A stretch of DNA of 64,000 bases from an uncultured candidate division Zixibacteria bacterium (lineage in GTDB: Bacteria; Zixibacteria; MSB-5A5; GN15; FEB-12). Below the pieces are notes generated by a model that did no database searches, was not told where the DNA came from, and was given only the letters and a program-made list of their open reading frames with translations. The position numbers were made by a program, and so were the translations under genes. Below, piece after piece: positions 60,810 to 64,000 of this stretch. How positions within the stretch are numbered: the stretch's first letter is position 1; each line of letters starts with the position of its first letter. The stretch lies in NCBI GenBank assembly GCA_963806185.1, contig CAWDXE010000001.1, positions 512,001-576,000 of the forward strand, in the 5' to 3' direction.

Positions 60810-62522
60810 ATGAAATTGTCCCGACCGAGTGTCACGTTTATCGTGATGATCATGATCTTCGCTCTCGGTGGTCTCGTGGCGTTGCAGGCCAAGTTGCTGA
60901 TGGACGCGCGCGATCACAAGGAGCAGGCGTTTCGCCAGAACGTGAATATGGTGCTTGGCAAGGTCGCGCAGGAGCTGGAAACGGGTGAGGTCGTTCAGAT
61001 CGCGTTGCAGGCGGAACCGGGCCTGGATTCGACCGAGGTGCATGCCTTCGTTGCACAGGCCGAGATTCGCACCGACTATACGGAGGACTCCACGGCGCAT
61101 GGTTTCAAATGGTCCACCTCCGGTTCTTTGCCGGTGACGATAAACGACGGAAAGCTGCAGTACCGGTTGGACGCACCGCAACGGGTGAAAATTCAGGTCT
61201 TCGATCCCATGACCGGCAAGGATCTGGTTATGGTCGATAGCCTGAAGATGCCGGGGGAATACGGCATCGACCTCAAGGACAGCAAATACGCGCGGGGATC
61301 GTATGTCTTTCGCGTGTCCTGCGACAGCGGCTCGGCAACGCTCGAGATCATCAATGGATCACCGACCGGCGCCCCTATGCAGCACCTGCCCGGCCAGGAG
61401 CGTCGAATGCTCGTGACCAAGGTGATCGATCAGTTGAACGTCCTTCAATTCAAGCCGATCGAGCGGCGCATTGACTCGCTCAAACTCGATTCGTCGCTGG
61501 CCCGCAATTTCCGCGAGGCCGGTATCGAAACACCGTATGCCTACGGCATAATTGCGTCCCGGAGCGACTCGCTGCGCCTGGCACGACCCCCGCACCGGGC
61601 ATCCGAACTCCGCGACGCGGAGTTTCGGGTCAATCTGTTCCCGATGGATATCTTCGCACCGCGCAGTCAATTGGTAGTCTATTTCCCCGAACAGAGCGGG
61701 TACGTGCGGTGGCAGGTACTCCCGTTGATGGCGGCTACGACGTTGTTTATGCTCGTCATCACCGGGTGTTTTGCCTACACGGTGCGCACGATAGTCCGGC
61801 AGAAACGATTCGCGGCCGTGACGGTGGATTTCATCAACAACATGACGCACGAATTCAAGACCCCGATATCGACTGTGGCGCTGGCCAGCGAGGCGATACT
61901 TACCCCCGAGGTAACCGGCAGTCCCGAACGAGTCGAGCGCTTTGCGAAAATGATCCAGGAAGAGAACCTGCGCATGCGTCGGCAGGTGGAGAAGATTTTG
62001 CAGATGGCGGCGCTGGAAGAGAAAGATTTTGAGTTAACGCTCACGGAAGTTGATATGAACGATGTCGCCGGCCGCGCGGTTGAGAACATGACTCTCCACG
62101 TTGAGACGAGACACGGCTCGATAGCCGCTGACCTGCAGGCAACCAATCCGCTGGTTCGCGCGGACGCGTTGCACATGGCCAATATCGTTCACAATCTTCT
62201 GGACAACGCCAACAAGTACTCCCCCGACACACCCAACATAGTTGTGAGTACTCGCAACGACGGAACCAGGCTGATCATCAGTGTCAAAGATAACGGGCTG
62301 GGTATTGCCCCGAAGGATCAGAAGATGATTTTCGACAAGTTTTTCCGTGTGTCCAGCGGCAATATCCACGACGTCAAGGGATTCGGCATCGGGCTGGCCT
62401 ACGTCAAGTTGATGACTACCGCGCAGGGGGGTGAGATAGATTTGAAAAGTGCGGCGGGGCAAGGGACGACGGTGGAGCTCTCCTTCCCGACAATTCCGGT
62501 GAGTACGGGAAAGATGTCATGA
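60810..62522 (+). CDS. Membrane sensor histidine kinase
   Basis: Two TM; DFINNMTHEFKTP, NLLDNANKYS, DNGLGI, FDKFFRV, GFGIGL. Confidence 0.95.
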   Translation: MKLSRPSVTFIVMIMIFALGGLVALQAKLLMDARDHKEQAFRQNVNMVLGKVAQELETGEVVQIALQAEPGLDSTEVHAFVAQAEIRTDYTEDSTAHGFKWSTSGSLPVTINDGKLQYRLDAPQRVKIQVFDPMTGKDLVMVDSLKMPGEYGIDLKDSKYARGSYVFRVSCDSGSATLEIINGSPTGAPMQHLPGQERRMLVTKVIDQLNVLQFKPIERRIDSLKLDSSLARNFREAGIETPYAYGIIASRSDSLRLARPPHRASELRDAEFRVNLFPMDIFAPRSQLVVYFPEQSGYVRWQVLPLMAATTLFMLVITGCFAYTVRTIVRQKRFAAVTVDFINNMTHEFKTPISTVALASEAILTPEVTGSPERVERFAKMIQEENLRMRRQVEKILQMAALEEKDFELTLTEVDMNDVAGRAVENMTLHVETRHGSIAADLQATNPLVRADALHMANIVHNLLDNANKYSPDTPNIVVSTRNDGTRLIISVKDNGLGIAPKDQKMIFDKFFRVSSGNIHDVKGFGIGLAYVKLMTTAQGGEIDLKSAAGQGTTVELSFPTIPVSTGKMS

Positions 62523-63214
62523 GCGCCGTCCAACGACTGCTGCTGGTCGAAGACGACACTAATCTCGGCCTGGTGCTGCAGGAGCATCTGCAAATGCAGG
62601 GGTACGGCGTGATGCTTGCGATTAACGGCGAGGACGGCCTGGCGGCCTACCGGCGCGAGCGATTTGATCTTCTCCTCGTTGATGTCATGATGCCGAAGAA
62701 AGACGGTTTCAGCCTGGCCCGGGAGATTCGCGCGACTGATCAGGACACACCGATAATCTTCCTGACCGCCAAATCGCTCAAGGAAGACAAGATCGAAGGA
62801 TTCCGCCTCGGTTGTGATGACTATCTCACCAAACCGTTCAGCATTGAGGAATTGCTGCTCCGCATCCGAGCGGTACTGCGGCGGAGCACCAAGTCACCGT
62901 CGGCCGACGGTGGACAACAACTGTTTTCCTTTGGCGTATTCACTTTTGACGCCAATCGGCAAACGCTGACATCCGGCAAGACTACGTTTGAACTGACGCC
63001 GAAAGAATCAGAATTACTCCGCCTGCTCTGCCTTCATCAAAATCAGATTCTCGAGCGCGAGGTGGCGCTTCGGGAGATTTGGGGAGATACCGGGTATTTC
63101 AGTGGCCGAAGCATGGATGTGTTTGTGTCGCGGTTGCGCAAATATCTCAAGGCCGATCCGCAGGTTGAATTGATGGGGATTCACGGCAAGGGATTCAAAT
63201 TGATTGTATCGTAG
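62519..63214 (+). CDS. OmpR/PhoB-family response regulator
   Basis: LLVEDD, DVMMP, FLTAK, DDYLTKPF, winged helix RSMDVFVSRLRK; ATGA overlap with kinase. Confidence 0.96.
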   Translation: MSAVQRLLLVEDDTNLGLVLQEHLQMQGYGVMLAINGEDGLAAYRRERFDLLLVDVMMPKKDGFSLAREIRATDQDTPIIFLTAKSLKEDKIEGFRLGCDDYLTKPFSIEELLLRIRAVLRRSTKSPSADGGQQLFSFGVFTFDANRQTLTSGKTTFELTPKESELLRLLCLHQNQILEREVALREIWGDTGYFSGRSMDVFVSRLRKYLKADPQVELMGIHGKGFKLIVS

Positions 63215-63220
63215 TGGCAG

Positions 63221-64000
63221 TCAATCGATCGCGATGATCCGTTCCAGCGCCGGCGTGCCGTATTCTGCGCCCGCCGTTTCCACGACCAGATTGTCCAGAA
63301 GCTGCGCTCTCCCCCGCCCGTGGCAGTGGCCGCAGAGAACAGTCAACTGCTTGTCGGGATGCTGCATCATGATTTCACGCAAGTAGTCACCGATGACCTG
63401 GGAAGCGAAGAACGGCAGGAACATGTTGCTTGACAACTTCCCTGCCTGCCAACAGGCTTCCTTGAACGGGGGCACGTGAGTTGCGACCAGAACGTGGTTG
63501 TACCGGGTAAGAAGGGGAGGAATGACTTTCCGGAAATGGTCAACCGCCTGATCGGCAAGTCGCTGCATGACTATCAGCAAATCCTTCATCCCGGTGGCAC
63601 CGGACAAATCCTCCCCTTCGCCTCGACGCTTGAAATCGTCGATCATCTCGAAATCATTCATGTAGACGGGAGAACTGTCGAAATCGCCCAGCCGACCGTC
63701 CGCCCACCCATCGTGCCCGACCAGAACAGTCGATTTCGACAGTGGGACGGCGTCGCTACTTGTCAAATAGTGCAGTCTACCATTTTCCCCGACGAGTGCG
63801 GCCACCTGCTCCCGAACGGCCGCGATGCTGCTGCGATAGAAATCGTGATTGCCCAGGACGAAGTAGACTGGGCGTTCGAGCGTCTGTTCAAGTATGGTCA
63901 GATGCGCGGCCAACGACGGGGCTTCGGCAATATCACCGGTAATGACGCAGGCATCGAACTCGCTTTTCGCGAGCGCAATGTGGAAATCAGACAACTGTTC
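63221..64000 (-). CDS. Calcineurin-like metallophosphoesterase, 5' truncated by window edge
   Basis: TGDI, VLGNHD, THVPP, CGHCH motifs; frame open to base 64000. Confidence 0.9.
   Translation of the reverse strand, partial: EQLSDFHIALAKSEFDACVITGDIAEAPSLAAHLTILEQTLERPVYFVLGNHDFYRSSIAAVREQVAALVGENGRLHYLTSSDAVPLSKSTVLVGHDGWADGRLGDFDSSPVYMNDFEMIDDFKRRGEGEDLSGATGMKDLLIVMQRLADQAVDHFRKVIPPLLTRYNHVLVATHVPPFKEACWQAGKLSSNMFLPFFASQVIGDYLREIMMQHPDKQLTVLCGHCHGRGRAQLLDNLVVETAGAEYGTPALERIIAID

Overview
Bacterial chromosomal window, GC-rich and gene-dense. An FCB-related lineage such as candidate Zixibacteria is a tentative inference from alternative complex III, alpha2-type GlyRS and T9SS/FlgD-type C-terminal domains. 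In order it holds: (1) exosortase-epsI-UbiA-family genes; (2) a large minus-strand aerobic respiration operon with alternative complex III (actABCDEF + small ORF), SCO, a caa3-type A2 cytochrome c oxidase, a heme A synthase-SCO fusion and DUF420, preceded by ctaB; (3) class II ribonucleotide reductase nrdJ with tandem NrdR boxes; (4) a small accessory patch of orphan exported proteins and a dense cluster of about nine REP-like hairpins; (5) housekeeping genes lon-engB-purA-FKBP and ftsB-recO-glyQS; (6) a selenocysteine-containing selD with a clear SECIS hairpin; (7) an MshEN/HD/DUF4388 signalling protein; (8) a ten-gene hdrC-hdrB-hdrA(N)-nuoE-nuoF-[FeS+hdrA(C)]-mvhD-mvhG-mvhA-protease operon; (9) a flavin oxidoreductase, a hybrid kinase and a secreted glycosidase-like protein; (10) a PDZ/adaptor/ABC operon divergent from a two-component system. 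The operon in (8) is the most striking feature: HdrA is split inside its ferredoxin insert, with a HydBC-like NAD(H) module nested between the halves. In (10) the sensor carries a secretion-signal-like Ig domain, and the shared promoter has four GTTAR boxes at exact 10-bp spacing. About twenty frameshifts, almost all extra bases and clustered at 21-30 kb and 43.8-46.7 kb, look like uncorrected sequencing errors, so those genes are called intact. All calls come from motif recognition by eye; no searches were run.
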